A stretch of 62,196 nt of DNA, filler included, from Hausera hauseri (GCA_046269625.1; 12 parts of 12 records of this genome joined end to end with filler, not necessarily neighbours in it); one strand, 5' to 3'. Positions 1 through 11,090 are shown, counted from the first letter of the whole stretch. Numbers and translations: made by a program. The notes: a model not told the origin generated them from the sequence alone.

Positions 1-1
1 G

Positions 2-3000
2 CCGCAAACACCCACCAAACCAGATCCCAATGTTCTGCAAGCCAATGCTGCACTTGCGGGAAAATCCCAATCATACAGTCTTGTGCCGACATTAACCCCG
101 GCTGGACTTATGTTAAGTCCGTATTTAATTAATCCGTTTATGAATTATCCATTGATTGCCGGCCAAAATTTGTCTGGTCTCACCAATAATTTGGCCTTAG
201 TCGGAAACAATCTGACTTCCATAGCATCAATACCAATTTCTGGTGGTAACAATCTAAATTCCGATAATATAGTTACTCCAGTTATACCCGGTAAAGGTCG
301 GGCACCTAAGAAACCCATTATAGACAGTAAAAAATTCGCATCATTTGTCCCCGGAGTTAATGTTCTTTCCGGTTTGCAATTGCCCGGTTTGGCAAACAAT
401 GTCAATGCGAATATTTCAATTTTAACCAACAATGGGAATTTGGTTTCATCTTCTGTTCCGAAAGTTGAACGCCATTCACCAGATGATAACGAATCGGATT
501 CTGATGGAGATGTCGAAGAAATTCCAGAAAAAAAGTCTCGATTGAGTACTTGCGGCAATACTATCAAACGAACATATAATTCGCTGCCATCGAACTCGGT
601 AAAAGATGAAAATGAAGATGTAATTTGCAAAAGGAGTAGAAAACAAATATTCGATTTGAAAAATAACGAAGAAATAAAAACCGATGAAGTAGAAACCGGT
701 GTTGAAAAAAATTCAGAAGTAGATGTTATTGATAAGACCCCAGTCGTCGTTTTAGAGGATATAATCAAACGGGAAAAATCCCAAAAAGAGCCAGACAATA
801 TTAAAACGAACGTTGCTAAAAGCCAATCTGTACAAAATTCAAACGCACCGCTCACCCATCCATTAATGAACGCTGTGTCAATGTTAAATACCCCTATTGT
901 CATCAATGCACCAATGTTGAATGCTGCAACGGCCATTCAAATACAAAATCACGTATCGGAATTGAATTCGAAAATTCTCCAAAACAATCACAAACCAACC
1001 ATTGGGACTACGTCAACGGTATTCAAAACGAACCAAATCGACAATAAAAGCGCCGTTTTGCATGCCGCCTTGACCCAGCCTCCTATTGATACGAGAAAAC
1101 GCAAATCGGCAGAAATGATAATTATCGACGAATTGAAATCGTCGGTGGCTTGCAAAGACAAAGAAATTGAAAATCTAAAACGGCAATTGATGGATCGAAA
1201 AATTCTACCAACGCCCTACCAAAAACAATTTCCGTCGATGATTGATTTGAAAAACATTGAAATAGCGTCATTGAAAAACGAATTAACCGAAGTTCTGAAA
1301 AATAACAGTCTGCTGAATATGAAATTGGAGAAGATTCAAGGCAACAGTTATTTACCAGTCCAAACCCAACAAACAGTAAAGGATTCCAATCCGCCAACGA
1401 CGTATTTTACGTTTGAAATACCGGACATGAAAGCTAAGCCAATGGATAACTTATGTAACATTGACCTTTACATCGAAGAACACAGGGAATTTGTTAAAGT
1501 TCGAATTGAGGACGGATTTCAATTATATTGTAGTGTTTGTCGGAAACAAGGTAAAAATAATAATCGATCTCAATTAGCCAGAGGAATAAATTACGTCGGC
1601 GAAAAGGCTATTAATTTAGAAAACGGTCGATCAAGGGATTGGTATAAAATGAAGGATACGCTGAAGACTCACTTAGAAGCTCACAAATTTGACAAAATCA
1701 AATGTTCCGCTGCTGAAAACATATTGGCTGTTGCGTTGACGTCTGTTAAAACCCGATGTAGCACAACGGACTTTGTCAGTTGGCTGTCGATGTTGAAGGC
1801 GCTTGGAGTGGAAATTGGAAATTCCTGTCATGGACATGCTCATTTCAACAAACTCGTCACCGAAATGAGATGCCATGCTGTTCAAGTAATTGAAAAGCAC
1901 TTAAAGACACCGTTGAAAATTACTGGCGTTGAACCTCATTTCGGTGTTGCTGTTGATTGGTTTAGATTCAATAAAGAAACGAATGAAGTGGTTTTCGTTG
2001 TCGTAAACATAGACGGAGAAAGAAAATCCGTGCCGATTGATTGTCAAATTATTTCATCCGATGTAATAACCGATGATAACGTTGCCGAACACGGTGAAAT
2101 TATCATCCGAGTACTACGGAATTACTTAGGCATTGAAGGTGAAGATTTACAACGAATTACATCGTTATTCACCAACAAACCGAATCCGGTATTGTTTCAG
2201 TGGTTCAAGGATAAATTGAAATTGGAAAATGACAAGTTCTTTTTCAATTTTGTCGACGATTCCGATTGGATTGATTCAACGGCGAAAAAAGTGTTGCAGT
2301 TTATGAAGTTTTTCAAATCGTTCACGAAACGCTGTTCTCGATTTCAGACCGTTTTTAAGTTCGACAAGAAAAAAGACGAAATGAAAGAAATCGGTGAAAT
2401 CGAACCGACGACCCCGTTGAAATCCAAATACTGTTCGGTACTGTTGAAAGAATTGAAAAATCACTTTAAGAGCTACTATTCCATATTTGCATCAATGGCT
2501 AATGAGACGCAGTTCGACGAAAAGTTCCAAGAAGTGCTGTATTTTGTCCGGGGTCGGGATTTTATCATGGATCTGTGCGTTCTCATTGACATACTGACCC
2601 CGGTAACTGAAGTAATCGTTATGACACAAGCTGAAAATATACCGCCGTGGAAAGTTACGATTTGGCTTCCGAGACTTTTTAATGTTCTAAAGGACATGGA
2701 GAAAAATCTGAGAATGTGTCATGTGAACGGAGATGTTCCCAGTAGTCATTTATTTCCATATCTGAATCCAAATTGGGAGGGAATAATTGAGGAAAAGAAG
2801 ATCTTTGATGAATGGATAGCAACACAGAACGTATTCAAACGGAAAGATCCAAAGAACATATGGAGTACACGGAGCATTAACGACTGTATGAACGAATACA
2901 TTGCGCTGTGTTCGGAACTCAGACAACAGTTATTATTCATGTATCAGACGTGCGTTGAAGATCAAATAAAATCATTGCGATCGGCTTTCGATTTAGAATG

Positions 3001-3781
3001 CATGTTCGATGAAATTGTCGATGCTGAAGAATGTTCATCGGAAGAACGTGACACACACATGGAAAATTTCTACCGAAGAGGTTTCCAAGAATTTCAAGAC
3101 TTTTTAAATTTTCTCGAAAAGAAACCACAATTTTCATTGGGATTAAATCCGATTTTTACGGAATTGTTTCGGATATGGAAAACGTTGTTTTACGATCTGA
3201 TTTACAAACGATCAAATACGAACGGAACGTGGTTTTACGATAAGAACGGTGAACGGATTGTTATACCCGATGAAATATCGAAAATCAAATTCGAATCGGA
3301 AGAAGGAGTTACGAAGACGTACTATGAATTAACGTTGAAAAACGGATTGGTAATCAGCGGAGTGAGATTTCTGGAAGAAGAATTCATGAAATATGTAACA
3401 CAAGACGATGATCATTTGAAAGAAGTCGACATGAATTTACATTCCGTATTGAATTACGTGTTCAGTTTTTATCTGACCGAACGAAATTTCGGCCAAGTAT
3501 ATTTCTCAATGAAATTCCATGAAAAAGAAGGTACACTTACTCATCCGAAACTGATCGATCGAACCATGGTCGATTGTTTGTATCCATCTGCTCTGCAATG
3601 CCGATCAACTCTTACGACAATTGCGAAAACTATCACCGAAAGTGGAAAACTTTTTCCGGTTACAGTTAGAAAAAAGAAAAAGCAAGATTCAATTCTCAAC
3701 ATTTTGACTTCCTCTTCCATAAAGTTCCCGTTCATTCTCGATAAATGCGATTTAGAACGACAAGACGACGTAACGTTTTGA
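2..3781 (+). CDS. Large protein (5'-partial): low-complexity/coiled-coil N-terminus fused to a hAT-like (ZNF862-type) transposase-derived region
   Basis: The frame is open from base 2, so the listed GTG at 83 is probably not the true start. Motifs: LYCSVC...LKTHLEAH zinc finger, EIGNSCHG, HFGVAVD (first catalytic D region), and a C-terminal hAT-dimerisation-like segment. AATAAA at about 3933. Confidence 0.6.
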   Translation, partial: PQTPTKPDPNVLQANAALAGKSQSYSLVPTLTPAGLMLSPYLINPFMNYPLIAGQNLSGLTNNLALVGNNLTSIASIPISGGNNLNSDNIVTPVIPGKGRAPKKPIIDSKKFASFVPGVNVLSGLQLPGLANNVNANISILTNNGNLVSSSVPKVERHSPDDNESDSDGDVEEIPEKKSRLSTCGNTIKRTYNSLPSNSVKDENEDVICKRSRKQIFDLKNNEEIKTDEVETGVEKNSEVDVIDKTPVVVLEDIIKREKSQKEPDNIKTNVAKSQSVQNSNAPLTHPLMNAVSMLNTPIVINAPMLNAATAIQIQNHVSELNSKILQNNHKPTIGTTSTVFKTNQIDNKSAVLHAALTQPPIDTRKRKSAEMIIIDELKSSVACKDKEIENLKRQLMDRKILPTPYQKQFPSMIDLKNIEIASLKNELTEVLKNNSLLNMKLEKIQGNSYLPVQTQQTVKDSNPPTTYFTFEIPDMKAKPMDNLCNIDLYIEEHREFVKVRIEDGFQLYCSVCRKQGKNNNRSQLARGINYVGEKAINLENGRSRDWYKMKDTLKTHLEAHKFDKIKCSAAENILAVALTSVKTRCSTTDFVSWLSMLKALGVEIGNSCHGHAHFNKLVTEMRCHAVQVIEKHLKTPLKITGVEPHFGVAVDWFRFNKETNEVVFVVVNIDGERKSVPIDCQIISSDVITDDNVAEHGEIIIRVLRNYLGIEGEDLQRITSLFTNKPNPVLFQWFKDKLKLENDKFFFNFVDDSDWIDSTAKKVLQFMKFFKSFTKRCSRFQTVFKFDKKKDEMKEIGEIEPTTPLKSKYCSVLLKELKNHFKSYYSIFASMANETQFDEKFQEVLYFVRGRDFIMDLCVLIDILTPVTEVIVMTQAENIPPWKVTIWLPRLFNVLKDMEKNLRMCHVNGDVPSSHLFPYLNPNWEGIIEEKKIFDEWIATQNVFKRKDPKNIWSTRSINDCMNEYIALCSELRQQLLFMYQTCVEDQIKSLRSAFDLECMFDEIVDAEECSSEERDTHMENFYRRGFQEFQDFLNFLEKKPQFSLGLNPIFTELFRIWKTLFYDLIYKRSNTNGTWFYDKNGERIVIPDEISKIKFESEEGVTKTYYELTLKNGLVISGVRFLEEEFMKYVTQDDDHLKEVDMNLHSVLNYVFSFYLTERNFGQVYFSMKFHEKEGTLTHPKLIDRTMVDCLYPSALQCRSTLTTIAKTITESGKLFPVTVRKKKKQDSILNILTSSSIKFPFILDKCDLERQDDVTF

Positions 3782-4495
3782 AATACCAATCACATTTGTA
3801 CATAAAATTATCCCCTGATTTTGTTGGATATTTCACTAAATAGATACGTTCTTGTAGATGTTTTTTATAATTAAAATTGTAATTTTTAAAAGTTTAATGT
3901 GTTCCATTTTAACAAAAAAATAAATAGGATTCAATAAAAATCAAAAAAATTACATAACATGACTGAACATAGGTAGAATTCTTAATCTATTTCTCTTTCA
4001 TAAAGTCGCAGTGACATCAGGCAGAGCGAAGGTCGTTGCCGATAATCTACCTAGGATTTCTGACAATGTAAGAACATCTTTGCGATAAGGTGAATACTGG
4101 TTCAATCTCCCCAATATTCGACAGTCAAAGAATTCAAATAGTATAGAAATGCCGGTTCTGGATTACTCGCTCCTGTATGCGGAACGGACGTAGATACGAA
4201 AGAGTTAACAAGTGGTTTTGGTCAAGTGCTGTACGGAGATTATCATATGTTTGGGAATTGCGATTCTGTACGATGCATCCCAGAGGCTGGAGATGGATGG
4301 GAAAAATGGGGATTTTACAGAGAAAGGATGTATGACCATGTTTGACACAAATGATGGGATGCGAAGGTTGTGCTGCATGGTGCAGGAATGACGTCAATTG
4401 GTTGAAGGCCAGTTTCACGGGGGGAGGGTGGAGAAAAGTGATGCAGAACTGGCATGTGGTTTATGGCGAGCTGGAATGAATCAGCGGTAAGCGGA

Positions 4496-4595
4496 NNNNN
4501 NNNNNNNNNNNNNNNNNNNNNNNNNNNNNNNNNNNNNNNTTAATTAATTAANNNNNNNNNNNNNNNNNNNNNNNNNNNNNNNNNNNNNNNNNNNN
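4496..4595. other. Artificial contig-joining linker N44-TTAATTAATTAA-N44 (first of 11)
   Basis: Identical 100-bp linker with stops in all frames at 4496-4595, 9895-9994, 15641-15740, 19766-19865, 24938-25037, 30642-30741, 37907-38006, 43299-43398, 47339-47438, 52397-52496 and 58128-58227. Confidence 0.98.
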
Positions 4596-5238
4596 ATCTA
4601 ATATTCTTGGTTACTTTTATCATTACACATTATTATTACATATTATTATTCAGTTTCATTATCTTAAGTATACTTTCTTCACTTTCATCACATATTTAAA
4701 TTACATTAGTACATTTTTAAATTACTACTTTCACTATCCATTCTCTTGGTAGATGCTTAGTTTAAATGTTCATTACATTCCTAGAATCAATCTTATTTTC
4801 ATTTTGGTTTATTAATCATAATTTTATTCTTTGCAATTTTATTATTATCCTTTCCTATTTTCATCTAAGTTAACACAATTTTTATTTTTTTTTAAATTTT
4901 CTTCCACTTTGTTACACTCAGGAATTTTTATCGTTCTTATTTTGACAATTTAACTTGCCTACTACAATGATTTTAGTTGAGAGATATTACATACTTTTTT
5001 CCTACAACTTCTCTTAAGTTCAGCTACAACCTATTAACTCGGACCAGCCTGCAATTGATAAGCGTAAAACTAATGTCGCGACACCTTAGTCTCACTGCGT
5101 AGAGTTCTATCGAAAAGATGCAAGAAGGCATATAAACTTGAGCTCTGTTCTCAAACTAAAGAATTTTGCAGTCGATTGTTAGTTGCCAAAAATTTTGTCA
5201 GTCTCCAAAAAAACATTTCTATTTTTCTTTTTTTTTGA

Positions 5239-8200
5239 TTACTCTTCTTCATTTATAAGATTTTCTCGAAGCGGTTTTTGCAGAAAGATATCTTTTACGT
5301 TTAATTTTTTACTAATTGTTTTTTCATCCTCAGTTATTTCTATTAGATAGTTGTTATTCCTAAAAATTCTAGTAATTGTCCAAGGACCATGGTATTTTTT
5401 TTGGAAAACTCCAGAGTTATTAAATGCTTTAATGAATACTTTGTCTCCTATTTTTAATAATGGGTTGATCCGTCCTTTTAGTTGACTCTTTTGTGCAGCA
5501 AAGAAATTTTCCTCATTGTTGGCTATTGTTTCTTTTTGTGATGTTAGCATGTCTGATATTTGTTTTTGATATTCTGTGAATGTTTCAACATATTTTGGTA
5601 ACTCCCCTGAATCCATAGGCATGTTTAGTTTCCTACCAAAAAATATTTCAGCCGGGCTGAAACCTGTGACTGTGTGCTTAGCATTGTTGTAGTGAAGTTT
5701 GAAAACCAAAAGTGCATCTGTCCATTCTATGATTTTATCAGCTATTGAAGCTATGCTCTCCTTCATCCCCTTGTGAATTCTTTCACAGACCCCGTTTGAT
5801 CTTGGGTGATAAAATGCTGTCCTTCGATGCTGTATGTTAAGATTTTTTAAGTATCCCTCAAATTCTTCGGAAATAAAATTTGGCCCATTATCTGATAAAA
5901 TTATTTTAGGAATTCCAAATTGAGAAAAGTAAGAATTTAGATGTTTGATTATTGTTGTTGATGTCATATTGCTAAGAGGAAATGCTTCTAAGTATCTAGA
6001 GTAGTGGTCAACGACAGTCAAGATAAAAAATTTTCCATCGTGTGAACGAGGAAGCTTTCCCACTATATCTATCGCCACCAGTTCTCCTGGAGCTAAGTCC
6101 TTTTTTGGAACCTGTTCAGCTATTGTTTTCTTAGATTTTGACTTATTTTCTAGACAATTTGGACAGTTCTCACAATAATTTTTAACGTCTAGGTACATAC
6201 CTCTCCACGAGTACTTCTGTTTTATGAAATTGTAAGTTTTCTTTGTGCCAAAATGTGGAGTATGAGCAACCTCTATACATGATCTTACAAGTGCAGCGGG
6301 GATAAGAATCCTGTTTAAAATTACTTTCTTTTTTGATTTATTGTATGTGGGTTTAATTTTCTTCATTACTAGATTATTTTCATTATCTACAAAATATTGT
6401 TCTTCTGTTGCCTTATCTTTTTCTTTTAATTTTTCTCTAATTGCTTCAATTTTGCTATCTTTTAGTTGTTGCTCTAAAATTTTTGTTATGTCTAGAATAT
6501 TGTCAGTGGCAAACATGTTTATATTATTTATTTCTAAGTTGTCTACAGTCATTCTTGATAGATAATCAGCCGGGTTCTTAAAACCAGGGATGTGCTCTGT
6601 GTGATAGTCAAACTGTTGTAAATAAATTAACCAGCGAGCGACAATGTCCGGTTGTTTGTCCATCTGAATATGGTGCGTCAAGGGTTTCGCATCAGTAAGC
6701 AGGGTAAATTTCTTCCCATAGAGCTGTTCATAAAAGTGCTTACAAGAAGCGTAGATGGCAAACAACTCTCTTCTGATGGAAGGATATCTAGACTCTGCAG
6801 GGCTGAGCTGCTTCGAATAGAATTCAATTGGGTAGAAATTTTCCTGATGCTTTTGCATTAAAATTCCACAGATAGAAATCTTCGACGCATCGCAAACAAG
6901 GAACAGAGGCTTATTGTCGTCAAGATTTTTTAGAGTTGGACTGTCAATTATGAGATCCTGTAATCTCTCAAAAGCTGCCTGGCAACTGCCACTCCAAATA
7001 AATGGAACATTTTTTCTTGTTAAATTAGTGATTGGACTTAAAATTTCAGCATAGTGTGGTATCATATGCCTAAAGTAATTTAACATTCCAATGAAGGTTT
7101 GAGTCTGTTTTAGGTTTTTAGGTACAGGAAATTTATTTACTTTATTTATGTTGTCATTGGATGGTGAGAAACCGTTTCTGTTGATTTTAAATCCTAGATA
7201 TGTAATTTCTGTTTGACATAATTGAAGTTTCTTTGGGTCTAAAGTTAAATTAAATTTTGTGAGTTTGTCAAAGACTTTTTGTAGCATGACTGTCATCTCT
7301 GGAATGGAATCTGCCGCAACAATTATGTCGTCTACAAAATATTGTACGTTTGGACCTTTTAATTCATTTATGCATTTTGTGATTAAGGTTTGGAAGTACG
7401 AAGTGCTGTTCCTTGATCCGAAAAAAAGTCTTTTTGGTTGATAATTTCCGAACTCACAACAAAATGCTAGCTTGTGCTTGTCGCACTCTCTTAGCTGAAT
7501 TTGAAAAAACGCTGATTTTAAGTCTAGCACACTGTAAAATTGCTTTCCAGATATGCACTGTAAAATGTCCGAAATCCTTGGCAAACAAATTTTGAATGGT
7601 TCTGTAATACTATTTAATAATCTATAATCCACTACCATTCTGAATTTTAACTCCTTTTCTGTACTGCCTGGAGGTGGTTTCTTTTTCACGAAAATGATAG
7701 GGAAGTTATAATTGGAGGTGGACTCTTCTATTAGTCCTGCTTCTAATAACTGGTTGATTTCCTTGTGGGCGAATTCTTTAGCTATTTTTGGTATACTGTA
7801 GGGACGGGTTTGAATTGGAAAATCATGTAGTAGCTTAAATTCTGGGACGATAGCTTGAGTTGAGCCAAGCGTCTGGTAAGACTTTGAGAAAACTTTAAAG
7901 TTTCTCATTAGCATGTCAAGCATATCTTTTCTATCATTTTCCCCCAGATGCTCCAACTGAAAATCACTTTCATTTAACTCGTCCTTACGCAGTTGCTCAA
8001 TTTCAGAAAGATTTAGGTTGTTAATTTGCAATAGTTCATTTTTTGTTGGTGGTAGATGCTCAGATTCATCAAACTTTTGAATTTTTCCCATATTCGTATT
8101 TTTTCTAACTTTTATTTTTGTATCTGTATTATTTTCCATTATTGTGAAAAAGCTTGTCTTATCAGTTAAATAATTTACAGATTCTGCTACCTCATATCCA

Positions 8201-9135
8201 ATTTTGTTTGCTTTAGGAGAGAATATGACTTGTTGATTTTCATTTTCATTCTCAGTTGAAATTTTTAATTTTACAATTTTGAATGACTTGGGTTCAAGAG
8301 TGACACTATTTACTAATTTAACCATATCAGACTTTTTGTTATTCTTTTTAGGTTGTTTTTCTTTAACAATGCTATTGGCAGACTGTTCAGGTGCAGCTTC
8401 ATTAAATTCAAAATGAAAATTGTCCATAATTAATTTTTTATTGAGTGTGTCGATGAGAATTTTGTTACGCTGCAAGAAGTCGTAGCCTAAAATTATTTTA
8501 TACTGGGATCTCCAGTCAGACTGTGTGACAAAAAATTGGTTTTCGAACCATTTGGTCTTAATTTTGAATTTTATTTTGACTGCTGATAAATATGGTATCG
8601 TTGACTGGTTAATAGTATGGATTCTCACTGCTCTACTCAAGTATTCAATTTTTGTAGTATTTTTGATTTCTTCTATGACACTCGGTTGGATTAAGCTCAA
8701 ATTGGCGCCGGTGTCTAACAACGCTGCTATTTCCTTATCACCAAATCTAATATTGATTAAGGGTAAGGTATTATCATTATTACTACATGACATCACATGA
8801 AGAGCGATGAAATTGCTATTTTCCTTTTCCTTTTCATCATTAAATTTTGAATTTTTACATTTTATGTCAAAAGTAGATTTATTTGCATTTTTTGACTGTG
8901 GATTACTATTACTCTTTTCTTGAATTTTGCTATTTTTGCCATTTTTGGGATATTTTCCACTTTCTTTCCAATTTTGATTTTTATACTGCTTCTTAAACTG
9001 ATTTTTATTCTGATATTTATTTTGGTAGTTAATTTGATTTTTGTTCTGGTATTTATTTAAGTTTTTGTCCTGGGTCCTTACATTTCTATTGTATCTGTTC
9101 TTAAATTCTCTGTAAAGACCCCTTTCTAGTTTAAA
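5239..9135 (-). CDS. pol: Gypsy Pol (protease, RT, RNase H, integrase), intact, reached by -1 frameshift
   Basis: LLDTGAN protease; RMVVDYR, LDLKSAF and QYFVDDII RT; CDAS RNase H; H..HFG...CPNC zinc finger; IDIVG/SDNG/ERIH DDE core; GPW motif. The frame stays open upstream of 8796 as far as the gag overlap. Confidence 0.93.
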   Translation of the reverse strand, partial: FKLERGLYREFKNRYNRNVRTQDKNLNKYQNKNQINYQNKYQNKNQFKKQYKNQNWKESGKYPKNGKNSKIQEKSNSNPQSKNANKSTFDIKCKNSKFNDEKEKENSNFIALHVMSCSNNDNTLPLINIRFGDKEIAALLDTGANLSLIQPSVIEEIKNTTKIEYLSRAVRIHTINQSTIPYLSAVKIKFKIKTKWFENQFFVTQSDWRSQYKIILGYDFLQRNKILIDTLNKKLIMDNFHFEFNEAAPEQSANSIVKEKQPKKNNKKSDMVKLVNSVTLEPKSFKIVKLKISTENENENQQVIFSPKANKIGYEVAESVNYLTDKTSFFTIMENNTDTKIKVRKNTNMGKIQKFDESEHLPPTKNELLQINNLNLSEIEQLRKDELNESDFQLEHLGENDRKDMLDMLMRNFKVFSKSYQTLGSTQAIVPEFKLLHDFPIQTRPYSIPKIAKEFAHKEINQLLEAGLIEESTSNYNFPIIFVKKKPPPGSTEKELKFRMVVDYRLLNSITEPFKICLPRISDILQCISGKQFYSVLDLKSAFFQIQLRECDKHKLAFCCEFGNYQPKRLFFGSRNSTSYFQTLITKCINELKGPNVQYFVDDIIVAADSIPEMTVMLQKVFDKLTKFNLTLDPKKLQLCQTEITYLGFKINRNGFSPSNDNINKVNKFPVPKNLKQTQTFIGMLNYFRHMIPHYAEILSPITNLTRKNVPFIWSGSCQAAFERLQDLIIDSPTLKNLDDNKPLFLVCDASKISICGILMQKHQENFYPIEFYSKQLSPAESRYPSIRRELFAIYASCKHFYEQLYGKKFTLLTDAKPLTHHIQMDKQPDIVARWLIYLQQFDYHTEHIPGFKNPADYLSRMTVDNLEINNINMFATDNILDITKILEQQLKDSKIEAIREKLKEKDKATEEQYFVDNENNLVMKKIKPTYNKSKKKVILNRILIPAALVRSCIEVAHTPHFGTKKTYNFIKQKYSWRGMYLDVKNYCENCPNCLENKSKSKKTIAEQVPKKDLAPGELVAIDIVGKLPRSHDGKFFILTVVDHYSRYLEAFPLSNMTSTTIIKHLNSYFSQFGIPKIILSDNGPNFISEEFEGYLKNLNIQHRRTAFYHPRSNGVCERIHKGMKESIASIADKIIEWTDALLVFKLHYNNAKHTVTGFSPAEIFFGRKLNMPMDSGELPKYVETFTEYQKQISDMLTSQKETIANNEENFFAAQKSQLKGRINPLLKIGDKVFIKAFNNSGVFQKKYHGPWTITRIFRNNNYLIEITEDEKTISKKLNVKDIFLQKPLRENLINEEE
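9055..9135 (-). promoter_or_regulatory. -1 ribosomal frameshift signal (U UUA AAC plus stem-loop or pseudoknot)
   Basis: Heptamer at 9135-9129 in gag phase, 7-nt spacer, then an 11-bp stem (9121-9111 paired with 9082-9072). Confidence 0.85.
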
Positions 9136-9893
9136 GACTTCCTGTTATTGTAGTAAGGATTTTGTCTATGATTTTTGTAATGATGACCTCGCCTGTTTGA
9201 GTTTCTGAAATTTTGTAAGTTTCCTCTGAAATTGTAATTCCCTCTTTGCATAGTATTGCTGCGGTAGTTATTATGATCATAATTGTTATACCCATGTGGG
9301 AAATACCAACAATTTTTTGTAACGTGGCCTTTGCCACAAATTGAACACTTTGGTCTGTTATAATTTTGAAAATTTGATTCGTGTGCTACCATGTTATTTA
9401 CCTTTTTATTGTCTTGTAATTCATCTATTTTTTTTGTTAACATCATTATCTGTTTGTTCGCCTCAACTTGACTGGCCAAAATGGTGTTCATTTCAGTTGA
9501 ACCGATTATTGAATTTGCCTGATAAGCAGGATCAGAATGTGCATTTTCAATGCTAATTGCTTTTTTTACTGCCTCCTGGAAATTACTAGGATCATCCTTT
9601 TTTACTTCAATTCGAATATCTGCCCTTAAGGCTTCAAAAAATTTGTTGAATTTCATTTTCTCACACATCTCTAACACCTGTGCATGGGAGTCCTCATTTA
9701 AATTAAAATATTCCTTAGCCGATTTTTCAATTTCTGCTGCTAGATCCTTCACTGATTGTTTTGGCGCTTGTACAATATTGGAAAATTGCTGGGATAATTG
9801 AGAAAAGTTTTTTGTTGTTGAGAATTTCTCTCTTAACTTCTTTTGTAACTCCTCTGGGTCATTGGTAATGCTGGCGACTGGATCATTGCTGAT
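9126..9893 (-). CDS. gag: Gypsy Gag, 5'-partial
   Basis: Open to the contig edge; CSICGKGHVTKNC zinc knuckle; N/R/Y-rich tail; ends TTA AAC TAG. Confidence 0.88.
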   Translation of the reverse strand: MSNDPVASITNDPEELQKKLREKFSTTKNFSQLSQQFSNIVQAPKQSVKDLAAEIEKSAKEYFNLNEDSHAQVLEMCEKMKFNKFFEALRADIRIEVKKDDPSNFQEAVKKAISIENAHSDPAYQANSIIGSTEMNTILASQVEANKQIMMLTKKIDELQDNKKVNNMVAHESNFQNYNRPKCSICGKGHVTKNCWYFPHGYNNYDHNNYRSNTMQRGNYNFRGNLQNFRNSNRRGHHYKNHRQNPYYNNRKSLN

Positions 9894-10036
9894 GNNNNNN
9901 NNNNNNNNNNNNNNNNNNNNNNNNNNNNNNNNNNNNNNTTAATTAATTAANNNNNNNNNNNNNNNNNNNNNNNNNNNNNNNNNNNNNNNNNNNNTTTTAT
10001 TGACTAATTCATTGACTTTTCGTTCTAGTTGTTGTA

Positions 10037-11090
10037 ATAGAAACAAAAACGACATCGACATCACCGAGAACGGTGGACGTATGGTTCGATCCGCCTCATC
10101 CCGTCGAGTAAATTGGCGTCAACAAACTGGCAAAGACTGTAAAACAAAGTCGACCACAAACCCAAAAGTGCCTCGGGAAAGAGTTGACATGCATCTTGAA
10201 CAAACCGATAAGAAAACGGTTTCCAACTCGTGAATACCGTACTGCAGGCGTATACAAGGTATGGCAAATGGATCTAATAGAAAGGATCCCGTACGCTGGT
10301 ATTAACGATGAGTATCGCTACGTGCTGATATGTACTGATGTATTTAGTCGCTTTGCACGTACAATTGCAGTCAAATCCAAATTTCGTAAAGAAATTGCCA
10401 ATGCTGTTCATACATTAATAAACCAACAACAATGGCATAGGCATGTACAAACGGATTTGGGTAAGGAATTCTACAACTCCCATGTCGCATCATTCTTGAA
10501 CCGGTTTGGTTTAAACCATTACCTCGTGTTTTCTCAATGCAAGGCTGCACTCGCTAAACGGCTTAATCGAACCCTACGCAGTCTACTGAACAAATTATTT
10601 ACGAAGCAAGGCAATAAACGCTGAGCAGATGTACTGCGGTATATTATCCATGGATGAAATCATTCGACACATGGAGGCATCAACGGATTACGGCCAGTTA
10701 ATGTAACTGATGATATGGATATGTAGCGTTATCAAAACCGCCAACGACAAGTAACACTTAAACGTCCAAAATATAAATTAGTTGATTATGTACGTATTTC
10801 GGGGTTGAAGCCAACGCCATTCATCAAGAATTTCAATAAGAACTGGAGCGATGAGGTTTTCCGAATTTCAGCCATCAACACAAATCAAACACATATCATG
10901 TATGTTTTAGAAGATGATAAAAACGGTGAATAAATACGTTCAAGAACTGCAGGTACTGCCCGATAAACCTGACGTATATTGTATTCAGGAAATTCTGCTT
11001 TCACGAGGCAAAGGCTCGAGTAAAGAATATTTCGGGAAGTGGCATGGACACACAAAATCAAGTTAGATATTTGCACCTCGAATGGAATGA
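10037..11090 (+). pseudogene. Polinton rve integrase with C-terminal chromodomain remnant
   Basis: NKPIRKRFPT, WQMDL, YVLICTDVFSRF, QTDLGKEFYN, RLNRTLRS and NWSDEVF motifs; several stops and frameshifts. Confidence 0.88.

Larger units (their letters stand above)
4596..9894 (-). mobile_element. Ty3/Gypsy LTR retrotransposon, internal region (family 1); LTRs not identified
   Basis: gag with a CCHC knuckle followed by pol in PR-RT-RNaseH-IN order. Confidence 0.93.

Noticed and set aside
145-3789. Minus-strand ORFs overlapping the large plus-strand gene
   Set aside because: Antisense shadows without motifs. The same applies to shadows over pol, ORF2 and the coiled-coil gene.
4134-4418. 94-aa minus-strand ORF
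   Set aside because: No recognisable domain in any frame I translated, and no support for a gene.
4540-4551. TTAATTAATTAA palindrome recurring 11 times as a biological repeat
   Set aside because: It is always centred in 44+44 Ns, so it is a synthetic linker. ORFs running into X residues at linkers are artefacts.
4596-5238. 3' LTR or env gene of Gypsy family 1
   Set aside because: No clear PPT-TG boundary, no second LTR to compare, and no ORF.
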